This document shows positions 11,501-26,500 of a DNA stretch of 64,000 nt, one piece after another. The notes beneath the pieces were generated by a model. It had not been told where the DNA came from. It saw only the letters and a list, made by a program, of their open reading frames with translations, and made no database searches. Location of the stretch: NCBI GenBank assembly GCA_002633005.1, contig NMRA01000028.1, forward strand, positions 1,334,753-1,398,752. The letters are read 5' to 3'. The DNA is from Phoronis australis (taxonomy: Eukaryota > Animalia > Phoronida). Numbering within the stretch: the stretch's first letter is position 1; every line of letters begins with the position of its first letter. The position numbers and the translations under genes are program-made.

Positions 11501-14500
11501 GACAATTTTTTGTGCAAAATGAGTGAAGGTGACGCCAATGTCTTGTTATGGCCAGATGTAATTTTCTACACAAAAACAACAGATTTCTCAAAACTGGGAG
11601 AGTGCCCTCTGTTTAATGAAGTAAGCAATTTAGCAGATGTTACTTGACAAAATTTCATTTGACTGAGTGGATGAGCTTTTAGATGTGAACATTTTAATGA
11701 TTACAACTAAAACAACTTGTTAACATATCAAGAGGCATGCTAGTTAAAAATTATTGCTTCAGTCAATGAAAAGAAATTAAAAAAACACTGTGTTGTGTAG
11801 AATTCAGACTATTGTTTTTCTGTTGACTTAAGTGACATTTGTTTATTTCCCTTGCTGCAGATGTTTGTAAATTTTTTGCAATAATTTTGATAATCATGAC
11901 AAAGACCACTATTTAATTACATAGCAAGTTATAATATCGTCCTATTTAGCATTTGTACAAATTCTTGACTATTTAACTAAATAGCATGTAACTGATAACA
12001 AAGGCAAAATCTCAACAATTTCTGACTAAAATAATTAGCATTTTTTTCAATTTTCAATGTCTTCTGACTTGGTTGTGAATGCCACCAAATTTTCAAAAAA
12101 TATTGCCCGTTGGTACCTATGGTACAGAACTTAAACACGATAAAACCTTATTATGCTGTTATAGATTTTTTACGAAGGGAATTGAGAAACAGAATTTAAC
12201 TTATACGCCATATAGAGTCCTATTTTATAGTAGCAAGTTTTCTCAACAAAAAGCTTGATATTTGTTGTTACTAAGGAGAGACTGTGTAATAAAGTTGTTG
12301 GAGACACATTGGTTTATTGACAGTGAAAATTATGATAGAGACTTGGGACATCTATTGAATCAGTAAAAAATGGCCATGGTTGACACTAATGAGTTAATAA
12401 GATGTCTGACATCTTGCATGCGGCATTGAGTGCACATGCTACCAAGCTTCCCATTGGATGAGCTAAATATGACAATTTTGTCAGATAAATAGTAATGTTA
12501 TTTAGCATATTGCATGGTATTTATCAATAGCATGCTATCAAATAGATAGCATGCTATTTAAATATAGCAAACTATTTCTCTATATCTAAAATTTACACTA
12601 AAACACAAAATAGCTTAAAATAGCTTTATAGAGGGTTTATACCGAGCTTGCTATATTGGTAAATAATGAATTAGTAATAAAGATCAAGAATTTGCAATAA
12701 ATTTTCAAATGGTACCCCATGCTGTGCTTCTTTTCATTTCTGCAATTTTGCATTCTACATGTAACAATCAGAAATGTTATTAAAATTAGCTGTGCTTCAA
12801 GGGATGTCACAACACGATAACAACAACGTGAAAGAACAGTCTCAAAATTGAATAATCGTTATGCATAACCTAGACCAGAATAATGCCCAAATAATTGCAA
12901 TATCCAGAAAAAACTGCTACGAGGTGTACTACTATGGATAATGTTTTATGTCAAATGCTTACATACTAAATTAAAATCAGTTTTTGGCCACAGTAAGATT
13001 AAAAACCGGATGATCGCCACACAAATAAAAAAGTTCATGTTAAAGCAACGTTTCGTCTATTCATTAGACATCATCAGAATCATATTCACAACAATTTAGG
13101 ACAACAAGTGCCAACATACAGCTCAGGTAACATCCATAAAGTTAAGTGAGAGATACAGGGAATATAGTCAGTAGCTGGTCTCACCATAGTTGCAGGGTCA
13201 CTGAGTTCTGCATGTTATTCAGAGAATCAATGGCATGCTGGTTCTGAATGGCCAATGCCTCTTTAATGTACAGTAACTCCTTATTAGGTTCTCTGCAGAT
13301 AATACTAACTGAGTTGGCTTGGTGATTTTTGCTAATACAATGCCTATATAAGTTACTTTTCTCTGAGGTGTGATGTTCTTTCAACCTGTCACAGAGGTGT
13401 CTCTGTGGGAGTCCGATGTAGAATTCCTTACAGCTGTCATATTCAACCTTATACACAACATAGCTCTTGTTCAATAAACGGATGGGTGACTTCAGTTTAC
13501 ACAGTATATTGGAAAGTTTCCGAAGAGGCCTGAACTGACTGATAGTTGTTGTCAGGCCTCTTCGAAAACTTTCCAATCTGCTGTGTAAACTCAAGTCACC
13601 CATCCCTTTACAACCAAAGTGCTTTCATGAACTTGAGGGCAGCTCCTGATGAACAAATTTTGTATTCACACTGCGTCTATGGAGCATGCTCAATATGGAT
13701 GGCAGCTTGCTACTCATAATGGCCACTAATGAATGTGATTAAATAGCTATGTCATACCATTGAATTAAAAAAGAGAAAATAACATGTAAACACCCGCAGT
13801 GATTCCCCCACAATGCATGCTTATTCCACTGTATATGCTTAGACCTCTTACTGCAAGTGTCTCACAAGACAGAACACTAAGTGCTACATTTCATTTCCCA
13901 TCTGCAGTTACAGTGAATGCTTCTCCCTGGTTGGGATTGCAACAGGCACATACTGAAGTACCTGGACTTATACGACTCGCTTCTTTTGTTTGGGATTAAG
14001 GAACAGAAATGTGTGTCAGTGATAACCACAGCCTACTTGTGGCAACATTGTTTCCATGACGATTTTAGACACTGCGGACTATAAGAACTAAGCCCGTCAT
14101 TGCACTTTTTCATTGTTTGAACAGCTAAGATCCATCAACCGCAACAGAAACAAGAGAAATAGCATGCATTTCAACTGCTGTTTCATTCTTATATGTCACA
14201 GCCTTCTTAGTGCAACCTGCCTATGCAACATAACTAGTGTACAAAACCACCCAGCAGAATGTAGTAAACTTTGAATGGGGAGCAAGGCATAAGCCATTAG
14301 AACGCACCTCAGGATGCAACTCCAGCCAAAGAGTAAACTAAAATGAAGCCAGTTTATGACAGACGCTAAAATGAGCGGTTTTCAAAAACATTTACTTACA
14401 ATTGAACAAGACTGACTTTTTCAGTTGCAAAATAACTGAGCATGCCCTGACAATGAAAAGTGGAAAACTAAAAACCGTTCACAGGACTGTGCATAGGCGA

Positions 14501-17500
14501 AGAGAAATAAGGAATATTGTAAGGAGAGCGAAAATAAACAGGTAAGACTGGCTTACCTTGAGCAGGAGTTGATATTTTGTTATCCTCTGTACAGGCTTTA
14601 ACAAGTAGGCACCAAGAGGTAGTTTGTGACCAAGGTTCTTCTGGCACGTCTTGAAGAATGGGTTGTGGTCCCCGACCTCACGTCTCAGTGCCTCCGAATA
14701 CGGCTTATTTTGACAGTACAGGCTGTAGATTTGAAACTGCTCTTTCTACAATACACAAGAAAAAAGTTTCAATTACGAGATTTTTAAACTTCAAAGTTTC
14801 ACAAGTTTTCGCTGCTGAACTGACAACGTCATGCTGCGTTGTGGAATCACTGATTGTCCTATCTTATGCTGTTTGAGTATCATTACTTCACCAAGTTTTG
14901 GCTTTCATTTGATGCAAATCGAGAGTGGACTCTACATTGAATTCTCAATATAATTGAAACTAAGAGGGATCTTTTCATGCAACACCCCCAATTTAAGGTC
15001 TAAGTCTCTAATGAATGAATTCAGGGCTCAGTTTTTAGTTATTACATTATAAGAAAATGCCATCAGTCAAAGCAGAGCTCATAATAAAGATAAAATTATA
15101 GAAAAATATTAGATCTGTGGCTAAAGAACAAATCCAATACGAAAAAGATTTAGGGGACTTCGTTGAGTCCCTATTTGGGACTGTTCCATGCAACCGGCCA
15201 CAGGATGCTTAGGAAAGCTAGACTCTACATAAAAATTTCAAAACATTAAATGCACAGTAGTCTTCAATTTTTATTATATTTCTTCTAATCGAAAATTCAC
15301 AAAATGCTGGAGCATTCCAAATTTTTACTGAAATTACTTCACAGCAGTCTGTTTTCTACACTTCCTTCAAATGAAAATTGCTGTTGAAATGTTAACAGAA
15401 GCATGATTTTGAAGAGATTTGGTTAAATTTACACCCCAAAATGGTGACTAACTGGAGTTTGAGCAGCGCATCTATCACATAATCAAATTCACATCCTAAT
15501 AAAGGTTAATTCAGTGCATCTCTCTAAGTATCTGGAAATAGGTGATAGCACTATAAAGAAAACCCATTACTTAGAGAGGTTATACTACGGTATGTTCACA
15601 TGAGTGCTGACACCTGTGGGCAGCAGGGAATAGTGAAAAGGCGGCTAAACGTACCCTCTGCACAAAACAGCTGCCAACAAGCTCCGGTCTGTCTTGATAA
15701 CTTTCAAGGTCCCGTAGAAACAGACTACAATATAATATAGAGTGCAACTTAAAATGAAAACCTCCTCAGTGCAGTTTAGAGCTTTGAAAAAATATCCAAC
15801 TGAAAACATGAGATACACATGTTCATCCTACTGCTCCATTGAAGACCTTTTACTTCAACACATCAATTGACTAAGATTCACCTGTTGCCAAAGTACTAAT
15901 TTTTAGCCTACATCAATTAATTAGTAAGTTAAAGACTTTGTATACGCCGTCACATTTCAGTTTTCATTTCGTCAACTTAAAGATCCATTTCAAAATCAAC
16001 TAGTGCAACATATGGAACATAATTCCCTAGAATGAACCAGTTCTCTCAAACTGACCCCGAAAGAACAACCGAACTGGCTCGGGTTTGTGTTAAAATGATT
16101 TGAAAGTATATGAATACTCACTCTCTGTGAAACTGGTAAATTTCCTGTAGGTTTCCAAACAGCGTGTCGATTCTCTTTGCTAACTTGTCTGGCATTAAAT
16201 GTAAGTTGGCGGGATTACTCATAGGCTCAATGTAGCCCTGAAAGTGTCAAGCAAGACTAATATCACATGTGAATCAAAACATTTCCTAATAACAAAGGAA
16301 CACCATTGTCAAGTAGTATCACAATCAAACTTTTTACAATTCGACAATTCTAAATTGATGAATAGCTGTAACTTACACATTCTAGACATGTGTGAGTTTC
16401 TTCAGGCTCTTAACCTTTCTGCTCTAATATCAAATGAAGTTAAGTGGATAAATAAGAAACGCTACAGCTGTGTACACCCATATCCATTGGGCTAGGCATA
16501 TAAACATGGAATAGGGCATTCAACAGCGACATTGTGACATGGTTATAGAAAGATATTGTTCAAGTGTCACACAATGCCAGTAACGTTAAGCCAAAGTCAC
16601 AGAGAAGTTTTAACATGAATACATCAAGTAATTCTTCACTGATGCAATCATTTCAGAACTCCGGATCATTCCGCCATGGCATTGCATTGTTAGGGAAGCG
16701 AACTCGCCATCAGAATCAGACCTAAGGAATCTGCCCCAAAACATGAACCATGGAAAACCAATGCTTTCACTTTAACTTACCCTAATTACACTTTCTAACT
16801 CCGACACATATACTCTTTCTGTCTCAATCAGTTCATTCATCACATGGCTGAAATCAAAATTACATGATTCTTAGAAGACATAACTTCTTGCAAAATAGAC
16901 AACCACAACTACAATTAGTTCTGATAAGATTGACGGAAGTTCCATTATTTATTTGAACAGGAATCATGCAGCTCTCGCAATGACATATAAAATTCACATT
17001 AAACGCCAAAATAAATATTGAGTTTAGAAATTATTCATATTATGCACATTGCTCATGTATCTAGCGCTCTTTTCAAATTGTGCAGTGAATCAGCCAATTG
17101 AGACAAACCTACCCTCGTTTTGCACTGAGCGTGTCCAATGATTGCTTCCTGGCTAAGGACACTGTGTCCGGTGACGATTGTGAGTGGTTCAAGTAAGGTG
17201 TAGGTGAACTATTACTGTCGCGCACAATCTGGATGACCTACAAAGGGATGAAACATGGTCAGTATATCATGGTCAATGACGTGTGTCTAGTAAGGGCTGT
17301 GAGTGGTTTAAGTAAGGTGTGGTGAAATGTCGGTATCATGCACACTTTGGGTAATAGGCACAGACATCAAAACACTGTCGGTAAATAAAGAATAGAAACA
17401 AAGGGTCCAGTGAACTCTGTGACAGAAGGCTATTTAAAAATACAGATACGATATGTCCCATGTCGTCTGAGTATTGAACTCATGAAATCAAGCACACAAG

Positions 17501-20500
17501 ACAAGAACCAAATGTGCTATACAAGACGAGTAACATAAAACAAGTTTGATAAGACATGGTTGGATTTAGGAGGGATGGGGGGCCTTCACCTCTCGGGACC
17601 CAACTAATTACAAAACAAAACTGAAACTGTCATGTAATTTTTTGTGGGCTAAGCAAAAATTTTCTCTTAGAAAATTGTAGCCGAGCTCCCTCTAGATCCA
17701 CCATTGTAAGCAGACTCCAGACAGACGTTTCATTGAATAACATGTTCAATGAGTAAACTGCCAAATGGCACCTGACCAATCTCAGTTCAGGTGAATTACA
17801 CTGGATGACCTTGTTCTGGGGTCAAGTTATTCTAGCAGTCCGGACATACAACATAGCTGTACTTGTAACAACGATGAATCAGCAACTAGAGGGATTTTCA
17901 AACCAAAAGGCGGTGACAAAGAAGAAAAAATGTAACATCATCCACAGACCATTAAGATTAAATGATTTCATTAATTTTCTGCCACTTAGGTTTCTATTTA
18001 AAAAATTAGACTTATATCAAAATCTATGTACTGATTTTACAAATACATGTTGCCATTGGTTACCAGGTATGATGCAACCAATAATGACTCAGAGATGAAG
18101 CTAGAATACTAAAACAAGAACATCAAGACACTCCCCATACATTCACTCCACACCTTTTTATTATCGTCCTCCTTTCTTCGTCTTTTCATGTCCATGTTGC
18201 CTAGTGACGTGCTCGACTTGGACGCCAGCCTGTTCACAAGATCAGTCGACAGTTTGGTTGACGTCTGCTCCGGCTGTACCAGTTGGATAGGGCGTGACGC
18301 CGGCACCGACAGACGACGTAGGCTGGCGCGTCGCTTTTCAAACATGTCATGCACCTCTTCCATTCTTTTCAAAACCTGCTGCACAGTTGTCTAAAAACAC
18401 ATAAACGCGTTGTATTAATAAAACATTCTCCACATTTATACGTTATCCAGCTACAGATAAAGTAAGTGTTCATAATTCAAGGTCATCTTTCTTTCAAGGT
18501 ATTGCGTAAAACATTAATATTCTAACTAAGCCCATTCAACACGACTAGAACTTTCATGCCCAGATACTATTGGTTTCAATATTCAGTGAGAATTATGAAA
18601 GCAACAGATTAGTTGAAACAGCCAAATTTTGAAAGGTTGGCCAACCTTTTTACTTTCACAAGCAAATTATTCCCTCGGAAATACTCCAGATGAACTTTGA
18701 CCTTTGACAATAAAGAAATTTGGAGACTGACTTTAGAGAATCTTTTTCAGATAGATTGAAAGTTAACACACTTGCAGATATCTGTGCAAAATTAAAGCAA
18801 GAAGGTACAACTGAGAGTTGAAATAAATGAAAAACAGAAAAACCAGTTTTCCTGCTGAGACAGAAGAGAGTTCAAAACTAGAACTGAAAATTTAATATGC
18901 TTCTCGATGCCGAATTTCATCAGCAAAATTGAAAGTTCAGGTTAATTCAAAATACAAACAGAGCTGACGCCTGGGTAACAATGTTGGGAAACGTTTTATG
19001 AAAAAGTACATAATTAGCACGGAGAATATTATTGTTGACACAAATAACCATGATGTCATTATTGTTAAGTATGCAGGAGTTCAAAACATGCGTCCAGGGA
19101 CTTCACACAGCTTAGACACACGCGACACTTGAGCAAAAAGTGAAGAGCTATTAAAATTTAGTGTAGAGACTGAAAAAAATACACGCAAATTCTTAGAATA
19201 TTGTTACTAATTACAAAGTATAAGACCTTCAGCCTGCTTAGTTTATCAAAACACAATAGTTACAGAGAATGAAAAGCCAGTTGTTTTTTCCAACTCTGAC
19301 AGCTGGAAGAATTCAGGAAGAAAATCAACAGAGGTGTACTCATGCAAGCGCATGTATTGTGAATGTTGAATGCGCTACCTTAGTATCTGGAGTCATTACT
19401 GTGTCAAACATCTGGCGGAACTCTCGTGGGTTGCTTAGATTAAGTTCCTTAGCCGTGGCTAAGAAGCCTTCCAAGTCCTTGAGAGCATTCTCAGCCCCCT
19501 CCCGGCTCTGAACTCGGTCGATTTGTTGTTGCGCCAGTAGATCCACTCCTGTGATGCACCACCTGTTGGCCTGTAGAAACATTACAGTGACTAAGGTTAG
19601 CATGCTGTCCAGTCAGTCTACAGTGAGTGTTTGGCTCCCACTGGTTCAAAAAAAGGTTTGACAAATTAAATACAATTAATCAACAAAACAATCAGCAGTT
19701 GGATTTTACTTAACATTTATGAAAATGTGCACTTGAGGACAGTATTAAGCAAACAAACACAGTAAAATTTGATTTGTTATTTCGCAAGCATAATTTAACA
19801 ATACGGTATGCTTTAAAGTAGATAACATAAATGCCCAGAAATCGACTTAAAGTTACATATTTACAACAGATGGCATCATGGATTACTAGATTGCCTTCTT
19901 CACTAGTCTGTAATGTTAAAATCAATTCTGAATCTACAGTTAGGTTCTTGTGCCGAGACCTATGTCTTTTAAGCTTTTAAAGATTTTGACTAGTAAATAA
20001 AAACAGATAACAAATCCAAATATCCACTGACATAAACCGTAAATGCAGAAACATTTGCCAGTTGTAGCGCGTTGTTTGAATTGCATCAAATACAAGTTTA
20101 CATACAAAATCAATATCCTGTTTCTGAGATTTGTTTATGTGTTTTTTTTTATTTGCAGTCATGATGAACTATCAAACCCACTACTTATGTGCAAATATTT
20201 TTCCAACATGTACAAAATACACGAGGATCAGGTTCAAATGGTCAGGCTGTCAACATGGGAGAATACAGTCAAAATTGGAAACAGAAAATAGCCCACTTTG
20301 TTTCATGTCACATGTCGGAAATAAGTGCTAGAATCTGACACCATTCTTCTTGACTTTTACACCATTTGTAATCATCACATTTTTACTTGACTGAATGAGC
20401 TGATAAAAGAGACTGTATTTAGAAACCCATGTCAGTGAGACCTCACACATGCCCAGTAGCAAAGCCCATCTTAATTGTTTTGACCCATTGTTAAACCCAG

Positions 20501-23500
20501 GGACAGGAAGACAGTTTTCAAACAACAACTGTTGGTGACGTTAACAACATGACAGGCGCCACCTGTGAGTTTTGAGGAAAATTACAAAGAATTTCACATC
20601 CCTTCCATAAATAGCTGCTTGAAAACAACAGCCCAATGTTGATTCCAGAAGTTGTAAAACAAATGACTATAATGATCCACATCAACAAGCCAGTGTATCA
20701 CAGCATGACGTAGGTAGATGTAATGAAGGGATCAGCTGACAGAATATAACCAATATTTCCTGTTGTTTTAGGTTAACACAGAAAACAAATGATGGTAGGG
20801 AAATTGAATAATGGACGACCTATTAAACAATTTTAGCCAATACAATTCACAAGACAGTGCACTGAGAAATGTAAGGGTAAAATGCAGGCTCAAACTTCCT
20901 CCGTGTTTATGTGTGTTTGTCTGAGACACCTTTACTGTACGCTACCAATAATTTTCATTAACTTGTTTGATAAAGGCGCAAGTGCTGCTTCATAAAAATA
21001 CAGCTGCACCCAATACCTGAATATTTGCTACTTCAGTACCATACAATTGAAGCTGCCTATTGCTACTTCAGTACCATACAAGTGAAACTGCCTGGTGACC
21101 AGCACAGGCTACTAAACCTTCTAGTATTCAGGATTGCTAAGGTTAACATTAAACAGTGGATAGATAACACCATATTGAAATGTGAGGGACAAATTAGCCA
21201 GAGTTGCATTCCCCTCTCCCAAAGGGCAATTCTTTTTTAAAAGGAAAAAGAAATTTTACAGAAGTGCAGTATCAAACCCATTAGTTCTGCAGTAGCATCT
21301 GAGTGCTCTGCCAAATCTCAAATGTCTAATTGCTTTAGTAACTTGCGCATATTTAAATGGTTAGGATACCAACCATGATTTCAGTGAATGTCTGGCAGAA
21401 AATGGTGAAAATGGACAATTTGCAATAAAATAACAAAAAACACAACTGACAGATTTTGTTCTATAGCTCTGGTCAGACCTAATAACTTAAAGTAGTCTAT
21501 CCCATCAAATAATAAGCCACTTTTTTCAGAAGTAAAGCAAATAATGTCCTTTAAACACATTATGAAACACAAACACTATGTCTCTGCTTCTCTTCTAAAT
21601 CTGACAACTCATCTCACCTTGTCTATTCGCTCGTGCAGATCTCTTGATTTGCCCAGCAACGCCTTCTTGTGTTCTAGCGTGTTCTCACACTGCTGACATA
21701 GTCTATTCAGTTCGGCGCACTTGGGCTTGATACTATCAACACCATAGAAGGCGCCAGCGACAAATTTTTCCCCCTTGTCCTGTAACTGTTGCGCACGAGT
21801 CAGGTCAGGCTGCAAAATACCATTACTTATAGTACAGTTATTAAAATGACAGGGAGCGCTCCCATACAACATGTTGGAAAGGAGTCTTTGGGGAATCGGA
21901 TGCTGCAAATTCCAACAATGCAGTGGAGCAAGGCACGCCCTGGTGGTGACAATCAGAACCAGTTCAGAAAACATAGCATCAAGTAGACAAAAATAAGAGC
22001 ACAACCCCAAAACTTACTTTCGCATCATATCCAGGTTCTCATTCATTTGCATACATTCATTAGTAAGACTGAACTCAGAGAAGGAGGAGACACCTTTGGG
22101 CATTGCTGGATTGTCTGCCAGTGAGGCAAGGATTCAAATCCGGTCTCGCAAATGAGAGTCCGGAGCTCAAAGTCTCAAACCAATGAGCCACGCAGCCTCC
22201 TCATGGCATCAAGTATAGCACCTGATTTTCAAGAGAATCCAATCAGCAATGTAGAAGAAATTATGTCTTGAAGTTACCCAAATTTGGACATTTTTCTCAG
22301 GTTCACCATAACTTTCAAATTAGTAGATTCTTCTCATCTCACTCTAGTCTACCTTCAATTGCCCTGCCGAGAAAGTGAAAAAAACAACTTGAATTTCTGT
22401 TTATTCTACCAGTGTCAGCCATTACAGAATAACCAGGAAGTTCCAGCCAAAGAATCATGGTTGACTGGTTGATTCGACATATTTTCAACAATGTGAAAAA
22501 GTGGTGATAAATCAGTTGATAGATAGAATTTTGAGGGACTACCAATCCACATTCACCTCATAGGACAGTAAGAGCAATACCGTAATGATATTTTAGCCTG
22601 CTAAACTAGGCGCAGGCAATAAAACTCTCTTCACTCCACATGTTTTCTACACCAGATGAGGTCAACTATAAAATGTGACCACCACACACATAAACAGTCT
22701 GACCACAAGATTGTTTCTATGACAACATAGGCAATGCTGATCAACAGTATGCCATACATAACAAGCAGGACCATTGGGTGGAAATATTGGCCCCACTCCC
22801 CTGCGAAAAGTATTTAAAAATCACACAAAATGTCCCATCAGACCCAAAAATTCTCATCCAGTGTTAAAAAATTAGAATCGCTTCTGAAAAAACATCAGCT
22901 TTGGCTCGGATGGGGTGGGGTTAATGGTGATGAGGGTATTTTTTCCCTCAGACAAAATCTGCTTTTCAGAAGGCAAAGGCACCTTTCTACTCAGGTGAGT
23001 TAGGGTCCTATAACAGACTCCATGGCCACACATGGGTAATCATACAGGGGAAATGAAGAGACTCTCTAACATGTATAACCATCTGGCTCAGAGGGATAAA
23101 TTACATAAACTAGCCATTTTTGTTCATTCCAATAACTGCATGTTGTGGAGTTATTTGAGCCCCAGGAGCACAACATAGCATGTGACTGAGCAGAACATTT
23201 AAGCAATATTTCACACTAAATATGAGGTGAAGACATGAATGTTGTATACACAATCTGAACTAGTACAGTAGACACATTCCTAACACATTATTGCCAACAT
23301 TCCAAACTGAAAAAGGACAACACACTGCAAGAAGAAAATGTTTGTCACAACACCCAGAAACATCATGCAAAAGATTTTTTTGATTTTTTCTGTTATGTAA
23401 TTTATTGTTTAGTTGAACTTGCGAAATGACAAGGGCAAATATGAGTAAAAAATGAAGAAAAGCACGAAGCATTAACACAATAGCCCGAGTATCTAAATTT

Positions 23501-26500
23501 TGTAGTGTGTGTCAAAAAGCACAACTATCTGATGATGTGGCGGGACGTGGGATGAAGCCTCAAAAAAAAAACGAAGAAAAAACCCGGGAGATCCTCGACA
23601 AAACAGGGACACCTGGCAACAATGCTAACATGATACATGTCTATTTAGTCTGAGCACACCACCAATCAAAACAAGTAAAAATCCAGGTTAAAGTTTTGAA
23701 AACCTATCAGGACTTCACCATCACACTAATGCTAACATTGGAGACTAAAATGCCATTAGTTTTTCAGTAGCAAAAAATAATAGTGATTAAGCTAGACCTG
23801 AGTTGTCTGCAAAGGGGTCATTTTCGCCAGCAGTTAAGTATGTTTCCTCACCAACCGAATTGCTTTAAAGCAGAATTGATATTAAAATGCAACATTCTCA
23901 GTGGCCACATGTCTTTTGAGTTAAAGTGGCCTGGTTACAAAAGAGTGAATAAACCACCAATGAAAGCAATGGAAACTCCATCCATTTCATGGCACCTTGT
24001 ACTCCATTAATAAATTTGTACAAGAACCACTGGCGTCAACAGTTCTACCAATTACTGATCTAAGTTCCCTTTGCATGGAGCACAGCAACTGCTGCGTTAC
24101 CAATGACTTTGAAACAATAATAAACTGGTTGAAATCAATTGCAGTATCAAATACTGAACCTAGTGATTTATAGAAAAGTTTGGCTTCTGAAATTGAATTA
24201 CTTGCAAAAGGTTATTCAAGTTCATTTTTCCTGACTAAATACAATAAAAATTAGTAAAAAACGATGTAAATGGATTCGGTTTGTACACCAGTATTTCAAT
24301 TGTGTTGATCGCATTTACCTTAATGTAATCATCGTGATGAATAACTGATGTGTGAGTCTTGACGCCGGACATAGACCATACCAAAAAAAGTTGACTGTAT
24401 CAAATAAACACAGAAAAAATCAGGAACCCCAGTTGGGGATTTTTCTGTGCTTATTTGATACATTTCACTACTGGGAAACCTTGAAGCATCTTTGTATTTA
24501 CTATATATAAAAAAGCTGACAATGAGCTGAACTTTGATATCTAGATTTGGAAACCTCCGTTGAAACAAAACAAAATATTTGTAATGGACACGTGTAACTT
24601 TTCGCATTATAACATCACATTTTAGTGAATAAGCCTCAGAACACAGACTGCAATACTGCCAATGGTTAAGAGCAGTCCGACTTGAAATAAATGTTTCCTT
24701 CAATTAATCCTGCAAAATTCGATAGAAATCAGAATCCTAGCACATTTGTGTCCCATTGCAGACATTTGTAGTAAAAATTTGCCTGAAAACAAGAATCATT
24801 TCGAGCAATTTTCACATGGGAACAGCAAGACTGAAACAGTGCTTGAAATCCAAACAATGCAGGTTCAAGTGCCACTCAACAGAAACTATTTTTATCCAAG
24901 CCACAGACCCTATAGTGAAAAAATGAGTGAAAAATCACAGTTCTGACAGTTGGAAGACAAGTACCTGTGACCAGGGCAGCAGTGTCAGGAGAAATCACTC
25001 CAGACAGTAAATGGAAACTCAAATCCCTCAACAGCAGCTTCTACACAGCACTTCAACATAGCCCCAGGACAATGTCATTTTGCCAGGCCAGTGTATATTT
25101 ACCAAACATTCCTGTTGAAATCTATTGTCCACCTAAGTACAAATTACTGACCAGTTAACCCAAGACAACTGGTCAAACTCAGGACAGGGTCCAATGCAAC
25201 AAAACATACACTCCTGAATATTTAGATACTAGGTAATCCCTGTTCAGCTGACAAATAACCTGGGGGTACTTACTCCCATACAAAAGGTACAGGAGGTGTG
25301 CTTCCGAGGTCACTTTTCAATAAGCAGCTTTCTGAAAAAAACGTTCACTTTGGGAGTGCGAAATTTTACAAAAGGTTCTTTTCTCCAAATATACAAATCT
25401 ATTTCAAAAACTTACGTCGCAAACATGTGTTCATTTTTTGAAAACATGGTATCTATTCTTGTACTGTTTCCCCCTTTTTGAGTCCACCCATCACATGCTG
25501 TTGGTGGGTATCCTAACCAAAATTACAGCTATTCAATGGTCATCTTATAAAGACATAAAGGACACACAAAATGAAATTCCAAAATGACAACTGCATGAAA
25601 ACGTATGAATATAGAGTAGAGTCTGCTCATTAAGTCAAAGTAGGTATTTTGTCAAAAAATGGTACTGTGGTTTAAAAAAGAATAATATTTATACCTTCGT
25701 CTTTATATTTAAAGAGCAAAAACTTTCAAAAGGTTCTCTCGTTTACAATTTTTTTTCTTGCCTTACCATCCTGTTTACATAACCTGGACAAAGCCAGATG
25801 AGCTTCAACACAACTTGTCCACTTCCTGATACTAAAAGCCCAGAATAAAACATCTTTACCATATCTCTCACCTTCTTAGTAACAGCAAATTTGAGCATTT
25901 CAACGGTATACTATGGCACTCCTATGGCTGCCAAGTACTGCAGAACATCTCACTCCTTGCTCAGTATGTCAAGATTAAGCTGAACCAAGTGCTAACAGTA
26001 CCTGTGATGTTTATTGCACACTGCACAAGGCTAGCCGCAGATGTTTTTATCTACATGAACACCAACAAATCAAGTAGACATGGCAACCAAGCTAAAAAAA
26101 CTACTACTGCAACAAACTGCAACTAGCTTTGATTACTGATGAGAACTCCAGCAGGGTTGATCTAGGTGAGCAGGTGCTTTCTGATTGATAGACTAATAAT
26201 GAGAAAACACCTTAATGATTGACTCACAAATGTTTACGAACGTTGGTGTGCGTCATTTTCTGATTATTTATTAATATTTCCAATTAAGTACTCAATTTCA
26301 TTGTTATGATACATTGGCAACCAATACGATAAATTTCCAATAGGTTATAAAAAGCAATCAATCTGATATTTGTAGAAATTCAACACATCATCAACATTGT
26401 CTTAACGTAAAAAATACAAGAATGGTACAAACTTCACAAGTGAGTTCTCAGTTCATGCAAGATCAAATTAGCCACCTAAAAATTTTCCTCAATGCAATTA

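Noticed and set aside
22115-22197. Functional tRNA gene
   Set aside because: A and B boxes are present, but the acceptor and anticodon stems do not pair properly; treated as a SINE head.
26130-26170. CTGATGAG-AACTC-loop-GGGTT-GA hammerhead-like start (also near 30593)
   Set aside because: The GAAA box is missing (reads GATC) and stems I and III are not evident.
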